From: Candidatus Magasanikiibacteriota bacterium
Lineage (GTDB): Bacteria; Patescibacteriota; Patescibacteriia; Magasanikbacterales; UBA922
Reading direction: 5' to 3'
Assembly (NCBI GenBank): GCA_018650645.1
Contig: JABIFP010000027.1
Span: forward strand, 24,379-88,378
DNA length: 64,000 bases
Shown: positions 1 to 8,307 of the stretch, piece by piece
Layout: the number at the start of each line of letters is the position of its first letter
Position numbering within the stretch: the stretch's first letter is position 1
Translations under genes and position numbers: made by a program
The notes under the pieces: model-generated
What the model was told of the DNA's origin: nothing
Seen by the model: the letters and a program-made list of their open reading frames with translations, nothing else
Database searches by the model: none

Positions 1-243
1 TTAAAAGAAGAAATGGGTGTTATGCGTGAAAAATTGAAGAGTCTTGAGGCTACTATTAAAGATGGATTTTCAGGAGAATTTACACAGATGGATGATTTAA
101 AAATCGATGTAGCAAGTGACATGGAACTGCTTACGGACATTGCCATGACTCAGCTCATGAAGGGGCAAACGGTAGCAGTAACGGATGAATATGATAATGA
201 ATACGAGCCACTGTTTAAAGTGAATTTTAAGAAGGTGAAGTAG
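1..243 (+). CDS. hypothetical protein, C-terminal fragment (ORF open to window edge)
   Basis: Frame is open from position 1 with no stop before 243. AT-rich host-like composition. Followed by a hairpin plus T-run at about 313-336. Confidence 0.4.
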   Translation, partial: LKEEMGVMREKLKSLEATIKDGFSGEFTQMDDLKIDVASDMELLTDIAMTQLMKGQTVAVTDEYDNEYEPLFKVNFKKVK

Positions 244-500
244 AACTACTATGTCATCCTGAATAACCGCGAGCTTTGCTCGTGGCATTGAAGGATCTGA
301 CTGCGTATAAAGGCCGTGCATATGCGCGGTTTTTGTATTGACAAAATCGATTTAGTATGGTACAAGAGTGCTACACCAAGGCGGTGTAACAGTGATGCAT
401 AGCGGGCGCCATAGGTGGCGGACGTGAGCTCTACCGAGCGTACATGACTGACAATTCCTTGCTGGCCGAGACAAGCGGGGCAAGGTGAAAGGTGTGACGG

Positions 501-1364
501 ATGTCACCCGAAGAGAGTAAGAGGGAGCTCAGCCCAGGGGCTGCGTGGGTTGGATACTACCTGTATGATCGGGTTGGAAAGACCTTGGTCATCATCGCAG
601 CGGGCCTGGCGCTCCTTGTGGGTGCGTTCTGGTGCTTGCTGAAGGTGGCGACGCTCGCGGAAGACGCATGGCGGCCGATGGAGTGGCCGACTTTTCTGCA
701 GTTCATGCCGGACGTGCCGAATGGCGTTCCGGCACTCGCAGGTTTCAGCATGGTGATCATCATCATGCTTGTGACTATCATCGCGAAGCTGACTTGGGAC
801 ATTCCGGGTTACAGGCAGCAGATGCGCAGTAATCTGGTGCAGATCAGCATGCTCCGGGGTGAAAAGGGCGTGCTCAAGGAGAAGCTCAAGACTGCCTTTG
901 AGGGTTCCGTGCAGAAGACGCGCAAGCTCCGCGCAGGCGATGTCTCCGATGTCATCGGCACGTTCATGAACTTCATCGCCGACCAGGCGCTGCGGATCAA
1001 GGAGTGCCCGTCTGACGAACTGGATGCCCTGGCGAGGAGGATTCGCAAGGAGAACGCAGGGCTCCTGCATCATCTCTCGAACACGTACGGGAACATTCCC
1101 GCCTGTCGGAATTTCGAGGATTCGGAGAGGCAGCAGGCCCTGGAGAGGGCTGGGGCATACAGTCGCCACTGTACAGCCCACGAAATCAGTGAGCTGACCG
1201 CACTTGTCAATGACGGCATGCTGCGGTACTGGAAGGATGCTGCAGTGGAGGCCGGTCTCGATAAGCATCAGTTTGGTGGAGAGGAGATCTTCGGTAAGGA
1301 CTACACGGTCCCTCGCGCTCCCGCCAACTGGACCATGTTCACCGGGGGCTCCCTCATCACCTAG
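501..1364 (+). CDS. hypothetical membrane-anchored protein (two predicted TM helices, then a soluble domain), GC-rich foreign-looking gene
   Basis: 287-aa ORF. SD-like AAGGTG about 8 nt upstream. Hydrophobic stretches LVIIAAGLALLVGAFWCLL and FSMVIIIMLVTIIAKL. Strong rho-independent terminator at 1431-1458. GC content visibly higher than flanks. The antisense ORF 504..1268 is R/P/H-rich and judged spurious. Confidence 0.55.
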   Translation: MSPEESKRELSPGAAWVGYYLYDRVGKTLVIIAAGLALLVGAFWCLLKVATLAEDAWRPMEWPTFLQFMPDVPNGVPALAGFSMVIIIMLVTIIAKLTWDIPGYRQQMRSNLVQISMLRGEKGVLKEKLKTAFEGSVQKTRKLRAGDVSDVIGTFMNFIADQALRIKECPSDELDALARRIRKENAGLLHHLSNTYGNIPACRNFEDSERQQALERAGAYSRHCTAHEISELTALVNDGMLRYWKDAAVEAGLDKHQFGGEEIFGKDYTVPRAPANWTMFTGGSLIT

Positions 1365-1430
1365 CAGGAACTAGCACACCCTGCGCAATTCCCACCACGT
1401 GCTCAGCTCGCTTCACTGCGGGCTGCTCAA

Positions 1431-1458
1431 GCCGGGCTTCGTGCCCGGCACTTTTTTT
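1431..1458 (+). terminator. rho-independent terminator (GCCGGGC-TTCGT-GCCCGGC followed by T7)
   Basis: Perfect 7-bp GC stem followed by ACTTTTTTT. Confidence 0.7.
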
Positions 1459-1501
1459 ATATAAAACAAAAATCTCCTATTATGGAGATTTTTGCATATT
1501 G

Positions 1502-1574
1502 TGACCCGGGTGGGATTCGAACCCACGACCGTCGGCTTAAAAGGCCGCTGCTCTACCAACTGAGCTACCAGGTC
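1502..1574 (-). tRNA. tRNA-Lys (anticodon UUU), CCA not encoded
   Basis: Reverse complement gives GACCTGGTAGCTCAGTTGGTAGAGCAGCGGCCTTTTAAGCCG...GGTTCGAATCCCACCCGGGTCA. The 7-bp acceptor stem, D, anticodon and T arms all fold. Anticodon loop is CUUUUAA. Confidence 0.85.
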
Positions 1575-1704
1575 ATATCTACCGCAATATAGTACATCAC
1601 TATGTGGGGAATGTCAATATAATACAGGAAAATCTGTGCATATGCAATATCCATTGCAATCAGGCGCATGTTTGCTATACTTAGGTCATTAAATATACAT
1701 CCTT

Positions 1705-2280
1705 ATGATAGATCAACCATACATGCAAACGCTAAAAGCGCACTTGCATAGCTACGCAGAACTCAGACGAGAAGTGATCACTATTTCTGGCGCTGCATTG
1801 CATGTTGCAAAGCGTGCCATCTTTTCTATGCACCGGCTTGATATGAAGGAGGCAGAGAAGAAGATTGCTGAAGCAAAAGAGGGGTTGAAACGCGTACAAA
1901 AACTTGCAAAAAAACAGCCAAAGTTACTTGGTGAAGGGTCATATAAAGCTGCGCTTGAAGAATATGTAGAAGCAGTACTTTTTATGCGGTTTATGAAAAA
2001 GAAACCTATTGGCCCAATCAAAGGCATGCCAATTTCAGAAGAAATATATATTGCGGGGCTTGGTGATGTCCCAGGCGAGTTGTATAGATATGCGATTAGA
2101 TCAGCAACAGAAGGAAATGCAGATGAAGTAAAACGCGCGCATGAGCAGGGAAGTGCCATTATTGAATCGCTTATGGAATGTGATTTAACAAAGTATTTAC
2201 GTACCAAATTTGATCAAGCAAAGAGTGCATTGCAGAAGCTAGAAATTGTCATGTACGAATTGAAAATCAGAGAGAAATAA
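1705..2280 (+). CDS. translin-family-like alpha-helical protein (tentative)
   Basis: 191 aa. The C-terminal pattern E-x-Y-x-GL-x-D-x-x-GEL-x-R ... LRTKFDQAKSALQKLEIVMYELKIR parallels the translin signature EDYLSG...LRKRYDGLKYDVKKVEEVVYDLSIR. Confidence 0.5.
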   Translation: MIDQPYMQTLKAHLHSYAELRREVITISGAALHVAKRAIFSMHRLDMKEAEKKIAEAKEGLKRVQKLAKKQPKLLGEGSYKAALEEYVEAVLFMRFMKKKPIGPIKGMPISEEIYIAGLGDVPGELYRYAIRSATEGNADEVKRAHEQGSAIIESLMECDLTKYLRTKFDQAKSALQKLEIVMYELKIREK

Positions 2281-2329
2281 AAAAATGGCGGCCCCGAAGG
2301 ACCGCCTGGTCGGTGCCAGCACGTGTGTG

Positions 2330-2596
2330 CTAGCCAATCACGAACCCGCACACTCGTCGAGCGTGCATGACAGTTCCGCTGCCGTCGACGCGCAAATTGG
2401 CGTCGATGGCGTAGCTGACATCCCCTCGCACAGCGAGCAAGGCAAAGTGGCACTTAGGGCAATAGACCTGATCGCCGTGAAGACGGAGTCTAGTCAAACC
2501 CTCGGTTTTGCCTTTGCTTGCCAGCTTCTCTCGCGCTTGCTTCGCGAGATCAGCCAGAATGGTTGAACTGCCAGTTGTCGTTGCCTGAACGCCCAT
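2330..2596 (-). CDS. small hypothetical protein in GC-rich islet (contains a CPKC motif)
   Basis: 88-aa ORF with strong SD (GGAGGG 3-4 nt upstream of ATG). GC-rich. The alternative plus-strand ORF 2285..2566 has only a weak SD, so strand choice is uncertain. Confidence 0.3.
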   Translation of the reverse strand: MGVQATTTGSSTILADLAKQAREKLASKGKTEGLTRLRLHGDQVYCPKCHFALLAVRGDVSYAIDANLRVDGSGTVMHARRVCGFVIG

Positions 2597-2648
2597 TAAC
2601 CCTCCCTCTGGAAATTGAGCAGCCTGACTATATCACAATTATCTGAAT

Positions 2649-3995
2649 TTGTCCACTATGATCAAGACATTAGTCAAAAAAATACTCCCAAAGTCAGTCT
2701 GGAACCTTAGGCATCTATTTTATGCTGCATATGGTGCTTTTAAGTATAAGTTTCCGTCAAAAAAACTATTTATTATTGGTGTGACAGGAACAAGTGGAAA
2801 GAGTAGTACAATATACATTTTACATCAGCTCCTAGAAAATGCTGGTTTTACAGTTGGTTCACTCTCAACAATCGAGTTTCATATTGGGCAAGACGCAAAG
2901 CTCAACGATAAAAAGATGACCATGCTTGGCCGCACAGCAATACAGAGATATTTGCGCCGCATGGTAGACGAAGGAATAGATATAGCTATTGTAGAAACAA
3001 CCTCTGAGGGGCGCGTACAGCACAGACATCGCTTTATTGAGTATGATGTCATGATGCTCACAAATTTGTATCCGGAACATATTGAATCGCATGGAAGTTT
3101 TAAGGCATACAAACAAGCAAAGGTTGATATTTTTGATTACGCAGCTTCATTAAAAAGAAAAAATCGATCAGCACTTACTACACGTGTGCAAAAAGTACTA
3201 CAGTCGCCAAAAGTTCAAAAGCAAGCAATTATATGCAAAGACGTTGATCACCACGGTCCGTTTGCAAGCGATGCTTTTGACAGCGTGAAATATTTTGGGC
3301 ACAAGCCAAGTGAATTTCAATTTACAAAAGTAGGACAAAGTGCAGAAGGATTACACTTCTCTATTAATGATACAAAAGTGCAGGCACCATTATTTGCCGC
3401 ATACAATGCACACAACATTACCGCTGCGGTTGCTGCTGCGGCATCGCTTGGCTGCAGCGAGGAGTCATTAAAAGAAGCGCTTACTACATTGAAACCTATT
3501 CCAGGAAGAATAGAGTTTATAACTGCAGCTGAGCAGTACGGGTTTAAAGCAATTGTAGATTACGCATTTGAACCAGTTGCAATCGCGGCATTGTATGAAG
3601 TGGTAAGACTCCTAAAACCCAATAAGATTATTCATGTATTCGGTTCTACTGGTGGAGGAAGAGATGTAGCCAGAAGATTTTCTGTTGGTGAATTTGTTGG
3701 TCTTAACGCAGATTACTGTATTGTTACAGATGAAGACCCATATGATGATGATCCTATGGAAATTATGAACGATGTGGCAAAGGCGCTACGTGATGTAGGG
3801 AAGAAAGAAGGAGTAGATATGATTATTGAGCCAGATAGGTCAAGAGCTATTGCTCTAGCGGTAAAAAGGGCTGCCCCTGGCGATGTTGTGCTCGTCACAG
3901 GGAAAGGTTCTGAGCAGGCAATGTTCGTAAAGGGAGAGCTTCTCCCATGGGACGATAGAGTTGAGCTTCGAAAAGCACTCAGCAGCAAAGCGTAA
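2649..3995 (+). CDS. Mur ligase family protein (MurE/MurF-like UDP-N-acetylmuramoyl peptide ligase)
   Basis: P-loop GVTGTSGKSST, the central Mur ligase domain, and a C-terminal GDVVLVTGKGSE motif. Confidence 0.75.
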   Translation: MSTMIKTLVKKILPKSVWNLRHLFYAAYGAFKYKFPSKKLFIIGVTGTSGKSSTIYILHQLLENAGFTVGSLSTIEFHIGQDAKLNDKKMTMLGRTAIQRYLRRMVDEGIDIAIVETTSEGRVQHRHRFIEYDVMMLTNLYPEHIESHGSFKAYKQAKVDIFDYAASLKRKNRSALTTRVQKVLQSPKVQKQAIICKDVDHHGPFASDAFDSVKYFGHKPSEFQFTKVGQSAEGLHFSINDTKVQAPLFAAYNAHNITAAVAAAASLGCSEESLKEALTTLKPIPGRIEFITAAEQYGFKAIVDYAFEPVAIAALYEVVRLLKPNKIIHVFGSTGGGRDVARRFSVGEFVGLNADYCIVTDEDPYDDDPMEIMNDVAKALRDVGKKEGVDMIIEPDRSRAIALAVKRAAPGDVVLVTGKGSEQAMFVKGELLPWDDRVELRKALSSKA

Positions 3996-4037
3996 TCCAC
4001 CTTGATCTATAGAGATGCTGTGCTATACTAAGCGCAT

Positions 4038-4439
4038 ATGAGAGTTCAAGAACCATCACTCGTGTCACGATTTTTTTCGTCTCGACTCTTTCTTGTTGCC
4101 ACAACAGTGGTTCTTTTAATTACGTCGCTGAGTTTTGCGCGGGCATATTATAGGAACTATCAGGTACAGCAAGAAATCAGAGAGCTTAAGCAAGAGGTGA
4201 CAGCCTTAGAGGGGAAAACGCTTGAATCGATGGATATATTAGAATATGTAAAAAGCGACTCGTTTGTTGAAGAAACAGCTCGTATTGATCAGAATATGAA
4301 GCGGCCTGGTGAAAAGGTTATTGTCATAAAGGAGGTATCTGATGTACAATATGGCAACGCTGCAAGGACAGAAGTTTCTAAGCGTGGATTATTCACCAAT
4401 CCGGTAAAATGGTGGAATTATTTTACAAAACATAAATAG
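4038..4439 (+). CDS. septum formation initiator FtsB/DivIC-like protein
   Basis: 133 aa with an N-terminal TM helix, then a coiled coil (QEIRELKQEVTALEGK). Sits upstream of the PPIase gene and ftsEX. Confidence 0.5.
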   Translation: MRVQEPSLVSRFFSSRLFLVATTVVLLITSLSFARAYYRNYQVQQEIRELKQEVTALEGKTLESMDILEYVKSDSFVEETARIDQNMKRPGEKVIVIKEVSDVQYGNAARTEVSKRGLFTNPVKWWNYFTKHK

Positions 4440-4446
4440 TTGTTGT

Positions 4447-5448
4447 ATGGAAGAACAAACACCGCAAAGCGTTGAGCCAAAAGCAAAGTGCTGCAAAAAA
4501 ATGAAACCCTTGATTGGTGGAATCGTTGTTGCTGCAATTGTTGCCATTGGTGGAATGTATATGTATACACTCTCTGAGGCAAAACAATTACATGATTCTA
4601 ATTTTGTGGTGAAAGCTGCAAAAGTATTTTCAATTGATGTTGCAACAATTAATGGCGAGTCGATTGGGTATGATGAATACCTAAAGAATATTGAGATTCT
4701 GACACACGTGTATAATGCGCAAGCACAAGGTGGAGCTGCACTTCCTGAAGAAACTATTTCTGATCTTGCAATTAGTCAATCGTTTGTAGAAAAACTTACT
4801 GATGACATGCTGGATGAGTATGATTTAGAAATTACGGATGCAGATTTAAATACATATAAAGAAGAACTCGTTGCTGGGCTTGGCGGGCAAGAGGGAGCAG
4901 AAGCAGAAATCTTGGTGCGATTCAATCTTTCTTACGATGATTACATCAAGTTTGTTCTGACACCATATGCAAAAGAAGAAAAAGTAAAAGCTGCATATGC
5001 AGAGCGAGTAGATCCTGTAGCAGAAGAAGACCTACTTGCGCAGGCCGCAGAAATTAGAGAGCAAATTGCTTCAGAAGAAAAGACATTCGAAGAAATTGCT
5101 GGTGAGGTAAATGTTGATGCAACAAAAGCAAAAGGTGGAGATCTTGGGTGGTTTGGAAAGGGAACAATGGTTGCTCAATTTGAAGAAGCGGCATTCTCTC
5201 AAGACATTGGCGTTATCAGCGAACCTGTTATCACTGAATTTGGTCTTCACTTGATTAAAGTAACAGAGAAAAGAACAACCTCAACACCAGACGGAAGTGC
5301 TGAAGAAGTAAAGGCAAGTCATATTCATCTTTCACCATATGCTGACGCTGTTCCGTATGAAGAGTATAGAAGAAATATGCTTTCAGAAAGTGTGATTGAA
5401 TTAGAACTTCCAATTCATGATCCATTTGATGGAATCTTAAAACAATAA
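4447..5448 (+). CDS. membrane-anchored parvulin-type peptidyl-prolyl cis-trans isomerase (PrsA/SurA-like)
   Basis: N-terminal TM helix. C-terminal PpiC domain with SHIHLSPY...GGDLGWFGKG...FGLHLIKV. Confidence 0.75.
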   Translation: MEEQTPQSVEPKAKCCKKMKPLIGGIVVAAIVAIGGMYMYTLSEAKQLHDSNFVVKAAKVFSIDVATINGESIGYDEYLKNIEILTHVYNAQAQGGAALPEETISDLAISQSFVEKLTDDMLDEYDLEITDADLNTYKEELVAGLGGQEGAEAEILVRFNLSYDDYIKFVLTPYAKEEKVKAAYAERVDPVAEEDLLAQAAEIREQIASEEKTFEEIAGEVNVDATKAKGGDLGWFGKGTMVAQFEEAAFSQDIGVISEPVITEFGLHLIKVTEKRTTSTPDGSAEEVKASHIHLSPYADAVPYEEYRRNMLSESVIELELPIHDPFDGILKQ

Positions 5449-5529
5449 TACAGAGTAACAGAGTACACGCGAATATACACATGCACCCGCATGTGTTTTC
5501 GCTTTTCTTTGTGGTATACTTAGCGAAGT

Positions 5530-6210
5530 ATGATCAACTTACAAGGCATTTCAAAATTTTATACACGGGACTCTGTAGGATTACACGATGTTTCACTCTC
5601 CATTGACCATGGTGAGTTTGTTTCTGTTGTGGGGCAAAGTGGTACAGGAAAAACAACGTTAGTAAAACTCCTTATTGCAGAAGAAAGACCAACGCAAGGA
5701 ACTATTTCTATTGGCGATTGGGATATCACAAAAATTTCACAGCGAGATATTCCACTGCTGCGAAGACAAATTGGGGTAATTTTTCAAGACTTTAAGCTAT
5801 TACCTGGTAAAACAGTAGAAGAAAATGTGGCATTTGCTATGCAGGTTGCTGGTGAATCAATTAAGCGAATTAGAAATGTTGTTCCAAAAGTGCTAGACAT
5901 TGTAGGCCTTGCGCATAAGTCGCATAGATATCCAACTCAGCTTTCAGGTGGAGAACAGCAACGAGTTGCAATTGCTCGTTCATTAGTACACAGACCTAAA
6001 ATTTTAGTAGCAGACGAACCGACAGGAAATCTGGATACCGTAAATTCACAAGAAATTATTGAAATTCTCAAAAAGATTAATGAGTTTGGGACAACTATTG
6101 TACTTGTTACACATGACAAAGACATTGTGAATCAATTAAGAAAGCGTGTGATTACTATTGATAACGGAAAAATAATTTCAGACGCAGATCACGCTAAATA
6201 TCGTTTGTAA
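5530..6210 (+). CDS. ftsE: cell division ATP-binding protein FtsE
   Basis: Walker A GQSGTGKTT, ABC signature LSGGEQQR, Walker B ILVADEP. Immediately followed by ftsX. Confidence 0.9.
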   Translation: MINLQGISKFYTRDSVGLHDVSLSIDHGEFVSVVGQSGTGKTTLVKLLIAEERPTQGTISIGDWDITKISQRDIPLLRRQIGVIFQDFKLLPGKTVEENVAFAMQVAGESIKRIRNVVPKVLDIVGLAHKSHRYPTQLSGGEQQRVAIARSLVHRPKILVADEPTGNLDTVNSQEIIEILKKINEFGTTIVLVTHDKDIVNQLRKRVITIDNGKIISDADHAKYRL

Positions 6211-6211
6211 T

Positions 6212-7120
6212 ATGATTTCTTTTTTCAGAGTAATAAAATTTGCATTGCAAGACATGGTACGAAACATGTCACTTTCGCTCATGACAGTAGTGATTTTGGT
6301 GTTGATGCTTCTTTCTGTAAACACCCTTGTTGTGGTAAAAACTATAACAGGAGAAGCGGTGCGAACAGTAAAAGATCAGATTGATGTCAGTTTATATTTT
6401 GCAAGTGATGTAGAGCAAGAGCAGGTTGATGAACTAACATCGTTTATTGAAAGTTTTCCGGAAGTTACTGAAATTGTCTATTTTGATTCAAACGAGGTGT
6501 TGAATGATTTTAAGTCTTCTCACCAGGAGAGAGATTATGTTATTGATGCACTAGACGAAATTGTACAAAATCCGTTTGGACCAACACTGGTTGTAAAAAC
6601 AAGAGAGCCAAACGATTATCAAAAGGTGATTGAAGCGGTATCAATTCCGGAATACGCAGATGTTATTGAAGCAAAAACATTTGGAGACACGCAAGAATAT
6701 ATTAGACGCATTGATGTGATCACACAGCAAGTAGAGGGATTTGTACTCATGCTGACAGGACTGTTTGCAGTGATTGCATTCTTCGTTATTTTCAATACTG
6801 TGCGCGTTGCGATCTATACACAAAGAGAAGAAATTGGCATTAAGAAACTTGTTGGAGCTACTAATTGGTTTGTTCGTGGTCCTTATATTGTTGAATCGAT
6901 TGTATTTTCTGCAGTAGCCGTAGCTATTACTCTTACAGCTGTGTATATGGCAGTTCAGGTGATTGATCCGTATGTTGCCGTTATGCTTGAAACTGAGGGG
7001 CTTCTGACAGCCTTTTATGACCAGAACATGATGCAGCAGGTGCTCATGCAGTTTGGTGTGGTGCTAGCCCTTACTATTACCACAAGTGGCCTTGCTATGA
7101 GGCGCTATCTGCGCCGATAG
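6212..7120 (+). CDS. ftsX: cell division permease-like protein FtsX
   Basis: 302 aa. One N-terminal TM, a large extracytoplasmic loop, and three C-terminal TMs. Directly downstream of ftsE. Confidence 0.85.
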   Translation: MISFFRVIKFALQDMVRNMSLSLMTVVILVLMLLSVNTLVVVKTITGEAVRTVKDQIDVSLYFASDVEQEQVDELTSFIESFPEVTEIVYFDSNEVLNDFKSSHQERDYVIDALDEIVQNPFGPTLVVKTREPNDYQKVIEAVSIPEYADVIEAKTFGDTQEYIRRIDVITQQVEGFVLMLTGLFAVIAFFVIFNTVRVAIYTQREEIGIKKLVGATNWFVRGPYIVESIVFSAVAVAITLTAVYMAVQVIDPYVAVMLETEGLLTAFYDQNMMQQVLMQFGVVLALTITTSGLAMRRYLRR

Positions 7121-7136
7121 TGGGGAAGAAATAGCC

Positions 7137-7165
7137 TTGACAGTGGACGACAATTATTATATACT
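7137..7165 (+). promoter_or_regulatory. sigma70-like promoter TTGACA-N17-TATACT upstream of tRNA-Gln
   Basis: TTGACA at 7137-7142, 17-nt spacer, TATACT at 7160-7165. Confidence 0.5.
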
Positions 7166-7213
7166 TTCGCACGCAGGTTGTTCTCAATCTGCGTGTTTCT
7201 TTCAAGTAAATAT

Positions 7214-7284
7214 TCGGAGATCGTCTAATGGTAGGACTCTAGGTTTTGATCCTAGCTATCGGGGTTCGAATCCCTGTCTCCGAG
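7214..7284 (+). tRNA. tRNA-Gln (anticodon UUG)
   Basis: TCGGAGATCGTCTAATGGTAGGACTCTAGGTTTTGATCCTAGCTATCGGGGTTCGAATCCCTGTCTCCGAG. The cloverleaf folds, with a U1-A72 acceptor pair and anticodon loop UUUUGAU. Confidence 0.8.
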
Positions 7285-7426
7285 CGAATAAAAAAGCTCT
7301 GCTTTTTTATTTGAGAGGTGCAGGAGATGAGAACCTTTAGGTTCGACCGCCTAGTGGAGCGAGTCAAGAGGGTAGTTCTATCCTTTTGTGAGCGAAGTGC
7401 CGGTGGAACGAGGGCGTAGCCCGAGT

Positions 7427-7443
7427 AATCCCTGTCTCCGAGC
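7427..7443 (+). repeat. exact 17-bp direct repeat of the tRNA-Gln 3' end (AATCCCTGTCTCCGAGC), first copy at 7269-7285
   Basis: Identical 17-mer found 158 bp downstream of the tRNA 3' end. A palindromic terminator-like AAAAAAGCTCTGCTTTTTT lies in between. Confidence 0.8.
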
Positions 7444-7510
7444 AAGCAGTATTGATGTGATAAGAATAATCACGTATACTACTGCCAGCGCATATGCGCA
7501 ACCATACCAT

Positions 7511-7931
7511 TCGACGGTAGCTCAGTGGTAGAGCAGTTGGCTGTATCCAACATGTAAGTCGAAGTGAAAACCGTCATGTTTCCACCTTCATCGGTGGGGC
7601 AGGGCAAGCTACGACTGCAAAAATGCAGCCCTCAACAGGAATGTTGAGGTGAATAACGAGGTGAACTGCTGGAAGCCCTCTATTGATGCAAATCAATCGG
7701 GTAATCAGCAGCCAAGCCCCACGCACTTTTTCTTTATTGATGTGTGGGGAAGGTTCAGAGACTATCCCTTGCGGGAGTACTCTCCACATTTGTGGAGGGG
7801 AAGCGCCTCGCACCCGGCCGTCCCTTTCCAAGAGAAGGGTTATGACGAGGGTGATGATATAGTCCACGCTTCAGTGAGAATTGAAGATTGCGTGTAACCA
7901 ATTGGTCGCGAGTTCGAATCTCGCCCGTCGA
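7511..7931 (+). tRNA. tRNA-Asn (anticodon GUU) interrupted by a group I intron in the anticodon loop (exons 7511-7544 and 7895-7931)
   Basis: Joined exons give TCGACGGTAGCTCAGTGGTAGAGCAGTTGGCTGT|TAACCAATTGGTCGCGAGTTCGAATCTCGCCCGTCGAG. This is nearly identical in D-arm and anticodon arm to bacterial tRNA-Asn (e.g. GGCTGTTAACC). The 7-bp acceptor stem is TCGACGG/CCGTCGA. Confidence 0.8.
7545..7894 (+). ncRNA. group I self-splicing intron (tRNA-Leu/IC3-like core) inserted between anticodon positions 35 and 36
   Basis: 5' exon ends in U and the intron ends in G. Conserved R element GGTTCAGAGACTA at 7752-7764 and S element GATATAGTCC at about 7855-7866. CTTGCGGGAG follows R, as in the Anabaena tRNA-Leu intron. 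An 8-bp P2-like hairpin CCTCAACA-GGAA-TGTTGAGG follows a candidate internal guide GCAGCC. Confidence 0.7.
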
Positions 7932-7933
7932 GC

Positions 7934-7970
7934 AAAAAAAACGAAGCCTAGGTTTGGCTTCGTTTTTTTG
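7934..7970 (+). terminator. rho-independent terminator after tRNA-Asn (AACGAAGCC-TAGGTTT-GGCTTCGTT followed by a T-run)
   Basis: Perfect 9-bp stem flanked by an A8 run and a T7 run. Confidence 0.75.
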
Positions 7971-8307
7971 TTTTATTTCAGCCAAAAGTGAGTGGTAATT
8001 ACAGCTTGTATATGATTGCATTTCCATCTATGTATGGTTTTTGTAGGTTTTTTTATGAAAAAAAACCTTACACGAACAGTGGATAACATGATTGACAGAA
8101 CTGCTTTTTTCTGATACATTAGGCCGTTAGTTTGTTTTTTATGTCGAGGATCCCCGCCTTCTTTTGGTTTATTTTAGCGTAAATAACCCGAAAGAAGGCT
8201 GTGAATTTCCTCCAGTCATTGCGGTGTCTGTTTGACAATGGCAGTAATATGCTCGACATGGGGTCGGGTGTAGAGCTGTTTGTCGGCAGATGCAAGGATG
8301 AGAGAAG

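Noticed and set aside
504-1268. 254-aa minus-strand ORF antisense to the GC-rich membrane protein gene (plus 557..802, 632..832, 809..1048 small ORFs)
   Set aside because: R/P/H/G-rich low-complexity translation typical of antisense frames in GC-rich DNA. No SD. The plus-strand ORF has SD, TM helices and a terminator.
7137-7445. ORFs 7137..7340(+) and 7239..7445(-) overlapping tRNA-Gln
   Set aside because: They overlap a well-folding tRNA and its promoter. No SD. Spurious.
7574-8027. ORFs 7574..7867(-), 7649..7897(+), 7755..8027(-) inside or overlapping the tRNA-Asn intron
   Set aside because: They overlap conserved group I core elements (R/S). They are too short and show no endonuclease motifs (no LAGLIDADG/GIY-YIG/HNH) for a homing endonuclease. 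Considered chance ORFs in structured RNA.
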